Source of the DNA: a virus
Taxonomy: Duplodnaviria; Caudoviricetes
Strand: one strand, 5' to 3'
Virus record (IMG/VR): IMGVR_UViG_3300035183_000127
Span: 1-56,479 of that record
Length of the DNA: 56,479 bases
Made by a program: the position numbers and the translations under genes. This document shows, piece by piece, positions 8,491 through 16,144 of this stretch (position 1 is the first letter of the stretch; each line of letters opens with the position of its first letter). Below the pieces are notes generated by a model. That model made no database searches and was not told the DNA's origin. It saw only the letters and a program-made list of their open reading frames with translations.

Positions 8491-8925
8491 ATGGACAAGA
8501 TAAAGGACGCCGACGACGCGCAAATGTACCTCGCCATCGCCTACGACGACCCGCTGGCGCAGGTCGACTCGGTGGCGAGGGTGTGGGGCGCACACCAGAT
8601 CGTGTACCGAGGAGTCAAGTGGTACCCTAGCACAGACTCTACATGCAGGGACGCGTCGTCCAGCATCCAGTGGGAGACGCCGGATGAGATCCACGACCGC
8701 CGGGAGCGGGAGCACTGGGTCGACGCGTTCGACGGAGCAATAGAAGACCTGCGTGACGACCTCGAGAGGGCGATCCTGTGGGCCGTGTACGCGAACGAGG
8801 TCGGGTCACAGGTATGGAGGCGCGGCCCATTCAGCGAGATGGCGCGCGAAAAAGTGAAGGCGCTCTTAAGGAGCGCCCTCCGAAACATCTCGCCGCCACT
8901 CAGGAGGCGAGGTGTCGACGTCTAG
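8491..8925 (+). CDS. Putative late-gene regulator (Q-like antiterminator)
   Basis: Last gene of the nin-like operon; W...YP...DGAIEDL...RAIL...Y pattern; function inferred from position. Confidence 0.55.
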   Translation: MDKIKDADDAQMYLAIAYDDPLAQVDSVARVWGAHQIVYRGVKWYPSTDSTCRDASSSIQWETPDEIHDRREREHWVDAFDGAIEDLRDDLERAILWAVYANEVGSQVWRRGPFSEMAREKVKALLRSALRNISPPLRRRGVDV

Positions 8926-9236
8926 AGGCGGGTCGGGAACACCGGGACGGCCCCCTCCTTGACGAAGACGCCGATTGCATCCGGCGCGATGCGTCCGTAG
9001 TAGCGGCCCCCACCATTCGAGACGAGGGCACCCTCGACGTCGTCGTTCGTCGAGATCACGCCGACAAGCTGGAACCCTTCAGGCTTATCGACGTACGGGA
9101 TGGCCTTGACGAGTGACTTCACGACCCGTTGGCTCGACAGGTCGTCCTTCCAGACTGGCATCGGCGTCCTGCTCTTGGCGGCATAGATCGCGGAAGCCTG
9201 CCGGTTGCTTTCGGTGATGGTCTCGATGTCACGCAT
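8922..9236 (-). CDS. Hypothetical protein
   Basis: AAAGGAG SD; last gene of the leftward accessory operon. Confidence 0.7.
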   Translation of the reverse strand: MRDIETITESNRQASAIYAAKSRTPMPVWKDDLSSQRVVKSLVKAIPYVDKPEGFQLVGVISTNDDVEGALVSNGGGRYYGRIAPDAIGVFVKEGAVPVFPTRL

Positions 9237-9270
9237 TGCTTCTCCTTTCATTCAGCCGGTTGGTTGGGTT

Positions 9271-9453
9271 TCATGCTGCCGACGCGATACGATACTGTAT
9301 GGACCGCACCTCGCGCGACTCGGCAGCGTACACCTCCTCGAGGATCTCGCGCTGGTACTCTATCCACTCGTCATCCTCGGTCCGCATCTCGCACGCGCCA
9401 CCGAGAGGTCTGTGCGGGAACCTGTAAGCATTGCACCTGCAGACGCGTTTCAT
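9271..9453 (-). CDS. Small Cys/His protein (CRCNAYRFPHR..GGAC)
   Basis: AGGAGG SD; metal-binding-like motif. Confidence 0.7.
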   Translation of the reverse strand: MKRVCRCNAYRFPHRPLGGACEMRTEDDEWIEYQREILEEVYAAESREVRSIQYRIASAA

Positions 9454-9462
9454 GTCAACCTC

Positions 9463-9672
9463 CTAGTGGATGGAGTACACGGTCTTAACCTTCTTGGCGT
9501 ATCCGCCGACGTCACCGAGGATTCGTCTGATCGATTCTGCGTTAACCTGGATGTCCATCTCGTATACATGGACGCCGATCCGGTTAAGGTTCTTGGCAGC
9601 GTTGATCGCGTCGGCCTTACTCATGCAGCAGTCGACGTCCTTTCCAAGGTGACTGACCAAGTAGAACTTCAT
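9463..9672 (-). CDS. Hypothetical protein
   Basis: SD plus 69-aa ORF. Confidence 0.7.
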   Translation of the reverse strand: MKFYLVSHLGKDVDCCMSKADAINAAKNLNRIGVHVYEMDIQVNAESIRRILGDVGGYAKKVKTVYSIH

Positions 9673-9688
9673 TCCCTAGCCTCCTTTG

Positions 9689-10027
9689 CTAGTCGTGGTA
9701 GTTACCAATTGCACAGTGCAGAAGCTCGTGCCCAAGCACCTCGAACCGGATCAGGTCGCCCATGTTACGCGGCATCGCGGCGTAGATCACGCAGTGTTTC
9801 CTGTCCAAGTAGTAGACGTTGCAGCCCACGTTGTCTGACCGCCGGACCTGTTCGACGGTAAGGTTGGGCCACATCCCGAACGAGCGGCACGTCTCGACGA
9901 CTTCGTCCTTCGGAAGGATGCGAAGCTCGACAGAGAACTTGTCGTCCATCCGCTGCTGCCTGATCGGTTGCGCGTCAGCGCAGCTTGCGACGGCTGCCAG
10001 CATTGCGACGAAGGTTGCGGTTTTCAT
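9689..10027 (-). CDS. Exported small protein with HExxH (zincin-like)
   Basis: Signal peptide; EVLGHELLHC. Confidence 0.7.
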   Translation of the reverse strand: MKTATFVAMLAAVASCADAQPIRQQRMDDKFSVELRILPKDEVVETCRSFGMWPNLTVEQVRRSDNVGCNVYYLDRKHCVIYAAMPRNMGDLIRFEVLGHELLHCAIGNYHD

Positions 10028-10040
10028 TGTCGCCTCCGTT

Positions 10041-10062
10041 GGGGCCGGGTTCCCCCGGCCCC
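10041..10062. terminator. GC-rich intergenic hairpin (terminator or processing/stability element)
   Basis: GGGGCCGGG-TTCC-CCCGGCCCC. Confidence 0.5.
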
Positions 10063-10069
10063 CGTTACT

Positions 10070-11047
10070 TCAGGAAACTGCCTCGACGAGGGCGTCGGCG
10101 GCGCGCGACTTGATCTCGTCACCCCTGCCGAACCACGCGGAGTCGAGGCGCGTGTCATTCCGCCCCATGACGTGGTCGACGTACCACGTAACGGAGTTAA
10201 GCAGACCCCACGCGGTGCCCTTCGCCTCAGGCGTCGTGGCCATCGGCTCATCACCGTCGAATAGCGCGAGGATCTTCTTGAACGACCGCGTCTCCTCGAT
10301 GGGCTTGTTGTTCGGGTGCGGCAAGACCTTGGCGAGGAAGTCCTTGGCGAAGGACCGGTCGACCTTGGACTCGGCAAGCAGGCGCGCGTTGATGAGAAAA
10401 CGATCCCACGCGTCATGCACGATGCCGAGCTTGCGGCGCACCTCGTCGATGTCGAGGTGCTCGTAGTGGTTGACCTTGACGCAGTCGACGACTGCGCCAT
10501 CCTTCTTCGACGCCTCCGCCACCGCCATGCGGAGCGTGTTGTTGCACACGACGCGGATCGAGGTGAACCGGAACGTCGACGCCATCGTGCCGTCGTACGA
10601 CGTGGCGGCGAGGATATACGGGCGGACAACGTCATGCCCGATCACTGGTGCCCCGTCGTTCACCCGGGCGAGGGCCCAGATTTTGCGGCCACCGAGCAGG
10701 GCCCCAGCGACCTCCATGCGGAACCCGGCGCGGTGGACCATGTCCCGCATGAACTGCAGGATCTGCCACGGTTGGACGACCTTGTAGTCGTCCGAGACGA
10801 TGGAGAGGAAGCCGCCCGTGTCGCTCCTGTAGAGCGCCACCCGGTTCGGTACGACCCTCATGTTGCCGCCGCTTACCGGCCCGTAGAAAACCTCGGAACT
10901 GAGGGCCGACCACGCGAGCCCAGCCTTGTGCCGCCAGACCTCGATTGGTGCGTCCGAGTCAATCTGAGCCCCGAACCGGTGCCACGGTTCGGCACCGGCG
11001 AATGCGATGGCGGGGCGGCTAGTCGTGAAATCCAGATCGTGTGCCAT
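10070..11047 (-). CDS. DUF932/DUF945 (LGT_TIGR03299-like) protein
   Basis: MAH...PWH..G, YKVVQP, GAL.GGRKIWALA, SYDGT...IRVVCNNTL, GTAWGLLN.VT.YVDH. Confidence 0.92.
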   Translation of the reverse strand: MAHDLDFTTSRPAIAFAGAEPWHRFGAQIDSDAPIEVWRHKAGLAWSALSSEVFYGPVSGGNMRVVPNRVALYRSDTGGFLSIVSDDYKVVQPWQILQFMRDMVHRAGFRMEVAGALLGGRKIWALARVNDGAPVIGHDVVRPYILAATSYDGTMASTFRFTSIRVVCNNTLRMAVAEASKKDGAVVDCVKVNHYEHLDIDEVRRKLGIVHDAWDRFLINARLLAESKVDRSFAKDFLAKVLPHPNNKPIEETRSFKKILALFDGDEPMATTPEAKGTAWGLLNSVTWYVDHVMGRNDTRLDSAWFGRGDEIKSRAADALVEAVS

Positions 11048-11059
11048 TCCATTCTCCTT

Positions 11060-11398
11060 TCAGGCGGCCTGCGACAGCCGCGTGCCCATGCAGTTAATCA
11101 GGAAGTACTGCGGGTTAAAGTCGCCCCACTCGGCAGCCTTCGGCCCGAGCAGGGACCCCTTCTTCGCGACGTTGTCGTACACCGCGAAGCAGTCTTGAGA
11201 AAACCTCTCGCACAACGCAGCCGCCTCATCGGGCGACGGTTCGCGGCTGATCTCGCAAATGAGAGTCGGTTCGGTGTCCGACTCAGCGAAGCATACCCCC
11301 ATTGGGTGGAGACCCATGTCGGTCATTGCGGAGAGTACCTCGTGCGGGTACACGTCCCCGCCCTTGTTGGTCGTCAGACCGAAGTTGATCATGATCAT
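11060..11398 (-). CDS. Putative SAM lyase (T3 SAMase-like) protein
   Basis: INFGL...EPTL...LCERFSQDCFAVY resembles the phage SAM-lyase motif arrangement. Confidence 0.5.
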   Translation of the reverse strand: MIMINFGLTTNKGGDVYPHEVLSAMTDMGLHPMGVCFAESDTEPTLICEISREPSPDEAAALCERFSQDCFAVYDNVAKKGSLLGPKAAEWGDFNPQYFLINCMGTRLSQAA

Positions 11399-11400
11399 CC

Positions 11401-11610
11401 CTAGCCCTCCATCTTAACGGTAACGTACAGCGGCTCAAACACGAACTCTCCTTCTGCGGCGAGAGCCGCCGACGCTGCAGAATGAGACAGCTTGACCGTC
11501 TCATACTCGGTCACGCCGTCCGAGATGGTGACGCGGAACTTCTTCTTAGGCTTGGGGGCCGCGACCCAAGCCCTAAGAATCTCGTCGAAGATGTATTCAC
11601 ACTGTTTCAT
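11401..11610 (-). CDS. Hypothetical protein
   Basis: GGAGG SD plus 69-aa ORF. Confidence 0.7.
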   Translation of the reverse strand: MKQCEYIFDEILRAWVAAPKPKKKFRVTISDGVTEYETVKLSHSAASAALAAEGEFVFEPLYVTVKMEG

Positions 11611-11687
11611 TCAGCCTCCGTTGTTTGTGCCAATCATGGTAGGACGCGCGACTTGTGCATATCCCGCGTTCACGCGATGTCACTCCA

Positions 11688-11954
11688 CTACTCGAATTTG
11701 TGTCCGCGACGGATGACCCGCCCGGGCCCGAGGTGCGCGTACAGCACCTCTGAGATCGTGGCGCACGTGTACCCCGGCGCGCGGTCGTACCAATGCGCCT
11801 TCTTGATCTGTGCGGTTGTCATGCAGAGGATGCGCTTAGCATCCTCGACCGGGTACGCCACGACGCGGTCGTGTGGCGACCCTTGCTCGTAGGCGCCCCA
11901 GAATTGGCGCCACGCCGAGTATTCAAGAAGGACGCTCTTCTTTGTTACCCTCAT
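11688..11954 (-). CDS. Hypothetical protein
   Basis: 4-bp overlap with the NUDIX stop. Confidence 0.7.
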   Translation of the reverse strand: MRVTKKSVLLEYSAWRQFWGAYEQGSPHDRVVAYPVEDAKRILCMTTAQIKKAHWYDRAPGYTCATISEVLYAHLGPGRVIRRGHKFE

Positions 11955-12568
11955 GCTGCCTCCTTACGGGCCATCTCGGCCCACTCGACGAACGCCTCTG
12001 GCTTCGTGTGCGCGTGCGGGATGCCCCCGTACACGATGACGCCGATACGGTGCATCGCGTCAGCGATGTACCTGTACATCTCGCGCGGGTCGTCGTCTGC
12101 CAAGTCGACGTTTGGCCACGCGCCAGCCGCCCCAGCGGCGACTAGCTTCGCGTCGGTTGCCTTCGTGTTCGTAGCGCGGGCGGCAGCGCGCAGCAAGGGA
12201 AGCATCTCGGTCGCCCGCTTGATCTTGAGGGCGACCTTGTCGTTCCCCATGCCGCTGTTGGCAAGCTCGTCGAGGGTCAACTCGACGGGCTCCACACGGC
12301 CCCTCTCCTTCCACTCGGCGCGCCGCTCGGCGCGCTCGAACGAGAACCACATAACAAGCTTGCCGTCGACAAGCTTGTCGTTGACGGCGTGTACGAAGCC
12401 GCCCACGTTCCACCCCTCTTCTGCCGCCTCACGGACGGCAGCCTGAACCGGGTTTTCACCCGGCTCGACCTTACCTCCGGGCAGGCCGACTCCGCCGCCC
12501 GGGCGGGTCGTGCCCGCGATCCTGCCGTTCGGCAGGATTGCGACCGCGAATGCTGCGAAGACTTCCAT
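11951..12568 (-). CDS. NUDIX hydrolase with C-terminal extension
   Basis: Nudix box GGKVEPGENPVQAAVREAAEEG. Confidence 0.9.
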   Translation of the reverse strand: MEVFAAFAVAILPNGRIAGTTRPGGGVGLPGGKVEPGENPVQAAVREAAEEGWNVGGFVHAVNDKLVDGKLVMWFSFERAERRAEWKERGRVEPVELTLDELANSGMGNDKVALKIKRATEMLPLLRAAARATNTKATDAKLVAAGAAGAWPNVDLADDDPREMYRYIADAMHRIGVIVYGGIPHAHTKPEAFVEWAEMARKEAA

Positions 12569-12631
12569 GCTTTTATCCTCGCCCCCGACTCCCCGAGGCG
12601 CGGGTGGCAGCACCGTGCTGCAGATGTGCGA

Positions 12632-12661
12632 ACTATGAGCTTGTCAGATGTCAGTTGTCAA
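12632..12661 (-). promoter_or_regulatory. Sigma70-type promoter of the leftward early operon
   Basis: TTGACA-N18-CATAGT with three TGACA at a 7-bp period. Confidence 0.7.
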
Positions 12662-12719
12662 CCACTCACATTCGCTTGTTGCGTAAAAGAGACACCAAAA
12701 CGCGAACTTTCCCGATCTG

Positions 12720-12728
12720 TGGTAGTCT
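12720..12728 (+). promoter_or_regulatory. Extended -10 late promoter (pR'-like)
   Basis: TG-G-TAGTCT followed ~35 nt later by a terminator. Confidence 0.5.
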
Positions 12729-12762
12729 GAATCCGGGGGCGAAGTGCGCCCTCACGATTCGT

Positions 12763-12792
12763 AGCGGCCCGGTGCTCGGGCCGTTTGTTTTT
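12763..12792 (+). terminator. Intrinsic terminator (tR'-like)
   Basis: AGCGGCCCG-GTGCT-CGGGCCGTT then TGTTTTT. Confidence 0.7.
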
Positions 12793-12872
12793 CTGGGCGG
12801 TTGCCCGACAGAACCGTCGAACCCGTTCGCCAGACTGCAGACGGTCGGATGCCCCACGTCACGGGGCCCTAT

Positions 12873-12947
12873 AGCGGGGTAGCTCAGGGGCAGAGCAGAC
12901 GGCTCATAACCGTCAGGTCGCGGGTTCGATTCCCGCCCCCGCAACCA
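12873..12947 (+). tRNA. tRNA-Met (CAT anticodon), initiator-like acceptor stem
   Basis: Full cloverleaf: GCGGGG/CCCCGC, GCTC/GAGC, GACGG-CTCATAA-CCGTC, GCGGG-TTCGATT-CCCGC, encoded CCA. Confidence 0.95.
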
Positions 12948-12964
12948 CTCGATAGGTGGAATCT

Positions 12965-13060
12965 ATGGAGATCGATACTCTGATCGACATCCTGCTGGTC
13001 GCCGTTTTTGTGGGCGTTTTCCTGTGGGCGTTCGTGTCGTGCACTCCGTGGCGCAGGTAG
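12965..13060 (+). CDS. Single-TM micro-protein (31 aa)
   Basis: MEIDTLIDILLVAVFVGVFLWAFVSCTPWRR; not in the ORF track. Confidence 0.6.
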   Translation: MEIDTLIDILLVAVFVGVFLWAFVSCTPWRR

Positions 13061-13069
13061 GCGGAAACT

Positions 13070-13168
13070 ATGGCAAATGAAACTCTGATTGCAATCCTGC
13101 TGGTTGCTGTCGTCGCGGCGATGATGGTCTGGTCGTTCTTGTCTGACGGGGACGACGATGAGCAGTAG
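13070..13168 (+). CDS. Single-TM micro-protein (32 aa), paralog of the previous gene
   Basis: MANETLIAILLVAVVAAMMVWSFLSDGDDDEQ; overlaps the endolysin start. Confidence 0.6.
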   Translation: MANETLIAILLVAVVAAMMVWSFLSDGDDDEQ

Positions 13169-13589
13169 GAGTATCGAGGAGTTGCTTCCGGAAGTCGCGG
13201 AGGCGGCGTGGCGGTGGCTTGACGACTGTGCAGCGAACAAGCTCGACTTGATCATCACCTGCACTTACAGGTCGCCAGAGGAGCAGGACGAACTGTTCGC
13301 AATCGGCAGAACGAAACCGGGTCGGATCGTCACGAACGCGCGCGCGTGGGAGAGTTGGCACCAATACCGCCGCGCGATTGACTTCGTGCCGGTTCGCGCA
13401 GGGAAGCCGGTATGGGGCACGCTGGGTGACGATTGGGCGCTGTGGGAAGCAATCGGTCAGCTTGCGGAGGCGAGAGGATTCGAGTGGGCCGCTAGGTGGC
13501 GCACGATGAGGGAGTACGCCCACATCCAGATCACTGGCGGGCTCACTGTTGCTGAGGCGCGAGATCAGGTTTTCGGGAAGTGCGGATAG
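13158..13589 (+). CDS. Endolysin, peptidase M15 family (L-Ala-D-Glu peptidase-like)
   Basis: YRS.EEQ..L.A.GRT.PG.IVTNA...SWHQY..AID, EYAHIQ. Confidence 0.92.
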   Translation: MSSRSIEELLPEVAEAAWRWLDDCAANKLDLIITCTYRSPEEQDELFAIGRTKPGRIVTNARAWESWHQYRRAIDFVPVRAGKPVWGTLGDDWALWEAIGQLAEARGFEWAARWRTMREYAHIQITGGLTVAEARDQVFGKCG

Positions 13590-13594
13590 AGGAG

Positions 13595-13957
13595 ATGGGT
13601 CAAATGGCAGAACCGAGCGGCGGCATCGACCCCGGTCTGACGGCGAAGGGGGTCGCAATCGCCTCCTCGGCGGTCGGCGCAGCGGTGATGGCGGCGACGA
13701 AGCCGCCTGAGAGTCGGATGCAACTCCTTCGGTACGGGATCGTATCAATCGGTTCCGGGTTTCTATTCGCGGAACTCGCGGCTGAAGTTGCTTCGCGCTA
13801 CCTCGGTATTCCTGCGACGAAGCTTGTGCTGCCAGCAGGCGGACTCGTCGGCGCAGTAGCGTGGGGCGTGTGGGGCTACGCTCGCCACATTCTTGATCAA
13901 GTCTCGTCGTCGGATGATGGTCTGATTCCGGCGATCAAGAAAGCAATCTTCGGATGA
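13595..13957 (+). CDS. Putative holin
   Basis: About 3 TM segments, between endolysin and spanin; possible dual start M-G-Q-M. Confidence 0.7.
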   Translation: MGQMAEPSGGIDPGLTAKGVAIASSAVGAAVMAATKPPESRMQLLRYGIVSIGSGFLFAELAAEVASRYLGIPATKLVLPAGGLVGAVAWGVWGYARHILDQVSSSDDGLIPAIKKAIFG

Positions 13958-14505
13958 TTCCGTTCATGCCGACGTTGGGCGTCACGGTCTGGATGAGAAT
14001 CTTGACTTACGCGGCGGTTGCTCTTTCGGTGTTTATCGCTGGCCGAGCGTTCGGCATCTGGCAAGAGCGGAACGCGTGGCTCGCGCGCGAGAAGGTCCGC
14101 CTAGAGGCTGAGGCTGAGGCGAAGAGGGTCGAGGCGATCCTGTACGCGAGGAACTCTGAAGCCGTTGCAGAGCTAGCGAAGGCGGCGGTTGTCGAGGTCG
14201 AGAAGATCAGGACCGTTACGTCAGTGATCAGGGAAAGGGTCGAAGTCTATGTGCCGAGCGATACTCCTGACTTGCCTGCTGGTTGGCGCGTGCTCCACGA
14301 CGCCGCCGCCACTGGTCGTGAACCCGATCCCTCCGCCTCCGTCGGAACTGATGCGGCCCCCGTCTCCGCTAAAGACGCTGCCGAAACAGTCGCCGAAAAC
14401 TACGGAGCCTGCCGCGAAGACCAAGAGCGGCTGAGGCTGCTGCAGCAGTACGTGAAGGACGTAGTACTAGGCGATAAGAATGTGGGTCAATCCCGAGACG
14501 ACTAG
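13954..14505 (+). CDS. Rz: Inner-membrane spanin
   Basis: N-terminal TM, coiled coil, GWRVLHDAAA...VAENY..C..D..RL..LQ. Confidence 0.88.
   Translation: MIPFMPTLGVTVWMRILTYAAVALSVFIAGRAFGIWQERNAWLAREKVRLEAEAEAKRVEAILYARNSEAVAELAKAAVVEVEKIRTVTSVIRERVEVYVPSDTPDLPAGWRVLHDAAATGREPDPSASVGTDAAPVSAKDAAETVAENYGACREDQERLRLLQQYVKDVVLGDKNVGQSRDD
14249..14434 (+). CDS. Rz1: Outer-membrane spanin lipoprotein embedded in Rz
   Basis: Lipobox VGAC, Pro-rich PIPPPPSELMRPP, +1 frame within Rz. Confidence 0.88.
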   Translation: MCRAILLTCLLVGACSTTPPPLVVNPIPPPPSELMRPPSPLKTLPKQSPKTTEPAAKTKSG

Positions 14506-14776
14506 GTACTATGCGGAGGCGATCAAGAGCGCAGCCACAAAAAATGGATCGCCAGTCTATGTTTACTCTTGCGGCGGGGCAAAGTTCCACTGCTCGCCGA
14601 AGGAAGTTGTTTCGCTGACGCCGTTTCTGGTCGGGGTATACGACGCAGATGTTCCAATCAGTTGGATTGAGGTTGATCTCCATGACTACGTCTCCGGAAG
14701 CTACTACCGGCGTGATGACCGCAGATCAGGTGGAGGCGGTGGTTGGGCTCGCATTGCGGAACTGTTGCAAGTGTGA
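14480..14776 (+). CDS. Hypothetical protein
   Basis: 98-aa ORF overlapping the Rz end. Confidence 0.6.
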   Translation: MWVNPETTRYYAEAIKSAATKNGSPVYVYSCGGAKFHCSPKEVVSLTPFLVGVYDADVPISWIEVDLHDYVSGSYYRRDDRRSGGGGGWARIAELLQV

Positions 14777-14885
14777 GGAGTGCATGGACAACCTGATCGA
14801 CGACCTGAACGAAACTATCGAGGGGTGGCGGTTCGAGATCTCGTATCTCGACCGTTCGATCAGGTACGCGAGCGCCACGCAATGA
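14715..14885 (+). CDS. Small Cys-rich hypothetical protein
   Basis: CCKCEEC; ATGA overlap with the next ORF. Confidence 0.5.
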   Translation: MTADQVEAVVGLALRNCCKCEECMDNLIDDLNETIEGWRFEISYLDRSIRYASATQ

Positions 14886-14965
14886 GCTACGACGAGCACC
14901 TTGAGGCAATCGGTTGCCTCTGGCTCGCGGTCGTGTTCGTTTCTCTGCTGCTGGTGCTCTCATGA
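14882..14965 (+). CDS. Single-TM micro-protein
   Basis: ATGA overlaps on both sides; hydrophobic C-terminus. Confidence 0.5.
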   Translation: MSYDEHLEAIGCLWLAVVFVSLLLVLS

Positions 14966-15387
14966 TCCGGCTGATACTCGCTGCCGCTGCCGCCGTGTTG
15001 CCGATGTGTGCTGCAGCGTCCGAGGTGGTGCTCCACCTTGGGAGCAGGCATGGCGACCGGATCAGGGGCGACGGTGAGCCGTACGTCGAGAGGAATCCGG
15101 GCGTAGGCGTCAGGTTTGGCAACGTGCAATTTGGCGCATACCGTAACTCGTGGGGAAAAGGAAGCGCGTACGCGCTAGCGGACTTTGAGCCGGTAAAGGT
15201 CGGGCCGGTGAGCGCGGGCGTGTTCGTCGGGGCCGCGACCGGGTATCCGGGTAAGGCGGTTCTACCAGCTGCCGGGGCCCTATGCCGCATCAGGTTCGGT
15301 GACGCGTCCGTGACGTTGAGGGTCGTGCCGCCGTTAGGTGGATCGTCAGGAGTCGCTGCGGTAGAGGTCGGATGGAGGCTCATATGA
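14962..15387 (+). CDS. Putative small outer-membrane beta-barrel protein (PagP/PagL-like)
   Basis: Signal peptide; ERNPGVG...GAYRNS...GVFVGAATGY; amphipathic beta strands; C-terminal GWRLI. Confidence 0.6.
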   Translation: MIRLILAAAAAVLPMCAAASEVVLHLGSRHGDRIRGDGEPYVERNPGVGVRFGNVQFGAYRNSWGKGSAYALADFEPVKVGPVSAGVFVGAATGYPGKAVLPAAGALCRIRFGDASVTLRVVPPLGGSSGVAAVEVGWRLI

Positions 15388-15788
15388 GATGGATCCAGCA
15401 GGTCGGCGCGCTCGTGGTGTTTCTGGTCTCGGCGTTCGCGGTTCTTGCGTACTCTGACGAAGTGACGGTTGAGTTCGACAAAGGAACCGCCGTCGTAAAC
15501 CTGCGGACACTACGTGTTGTGCCTCTCCCGGACGGGGATACAGCATATGGAGCTAATGCCGCGCTGTTGTGGAAGGATGGAAGGAAGCTCGCCGTCACCG
15601 TCTACATCACCGGGCGCGCAGGTTGCGGCCAGAAGCCGCATGTGATGTACCTGACTGAGGCTGGGAAGGATGAGGTGGCGGCGGTCATCGTCGCGCAGCC
15701 CGGTAGCCCCGACGAGCAGGTGGCCGAAGCGATCTGCGGGGCGATTGGAAAGGCGAAGGAGAAGGCGGATCAGAACAGGGCCGTCTAG
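15384..15788 (+). CDS. Exported hypothetical protein
   Basis: Signal peptide; two Cys. Confidence 0.7.
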   Translation: MRWIQQVGALVVFLVSAFAVLAYSDEVTVEFDKGTAVVNLRTLRVVPLPDGDTAYGANAALLWKDGRKLAVTVYITGRAGCGQKPHVMYLTEAGKDEVAAVIVAQPGSPDEQVAEAICGAIGKAKEKADQNRAV

Positions 15789-15791
15789 GCG

Positions 15792-15816
15792 AAAAAAAGC
15801 CCGCCGGGTGGCGGGC
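15792..15816 (-). terminator. Intrinsic terminator for the antisense moron gene
   Basis: Minus strand GCCCGCC-ACCC-GGCGGGC-TTTTTTT. Confidence 0.8.
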
Positions 15817-15833
15817 GTGTAGTGCGTAGCGCG

Positions 15834-16055
15834 TCAGGGCTCGAACTGCTCTAGGTCGTCGTACGACCCAAACAGCTTGAATATTTCGTCGTCCGAGATG
15901 TTACCAAGCGCCGCGAGGGCGGCGTCGGCGAAAGCTCGCGCAAGGACTCGCCTGTGGGTGATGACGCTCGACTTCTTGACCGATGCGGCGGCCAGCCGGA
16001 GTTCGTTCAGTGCCTGAGCTATTGCATCACGTTGCGCTCGAAGTGCTTCGGTCAT
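15834..16055 (-). CDS. Moron-like small protein with its own promoter and terminator
   Basis: GGAGG SD before ATG 16055; flanked by a promoter and a terminator. Confidence 0.75.
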   Translation of the reverse strand: MTEALRAQRDAIAQALNELRLAAASVKKSSVITHRRVLARAFADAALAALGNISDDEIFKLFGSYDDLEQFEP

Positions 16056-16115
16056 CCTAGCCTCCAGCCCCTGATCCCCGAGGCGCGGTTGGCAGAACAT
16101 CTGCCGGTGGCCGGG

Positions 16116-16144
16116 AATCTAATGCGGCGAGGCAGAAAAGTCAA
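16116..16144 (-). promoter_or_regulatory. Sigma70 promoter
   Basis: TTGACT-N17-TAGATT. Confidence 0.75.

Noticed and set aside
10316-11404. Long opposite-strand/alternate-frame ORFs (e.g. 10316..11404, 29043..30005, 26660..27736)
   Set aside because: They are shadow ORFs of well-supported genes in GC-rich DNA
12793-12872. tRNA-adjacent self-cleaving ribozyme (theta/HDV, hammerhead)
   Set aside because: I could not fit the required core nucleotides or nested pseudoknot, and it lies 5' rather than 3' of the tRNA
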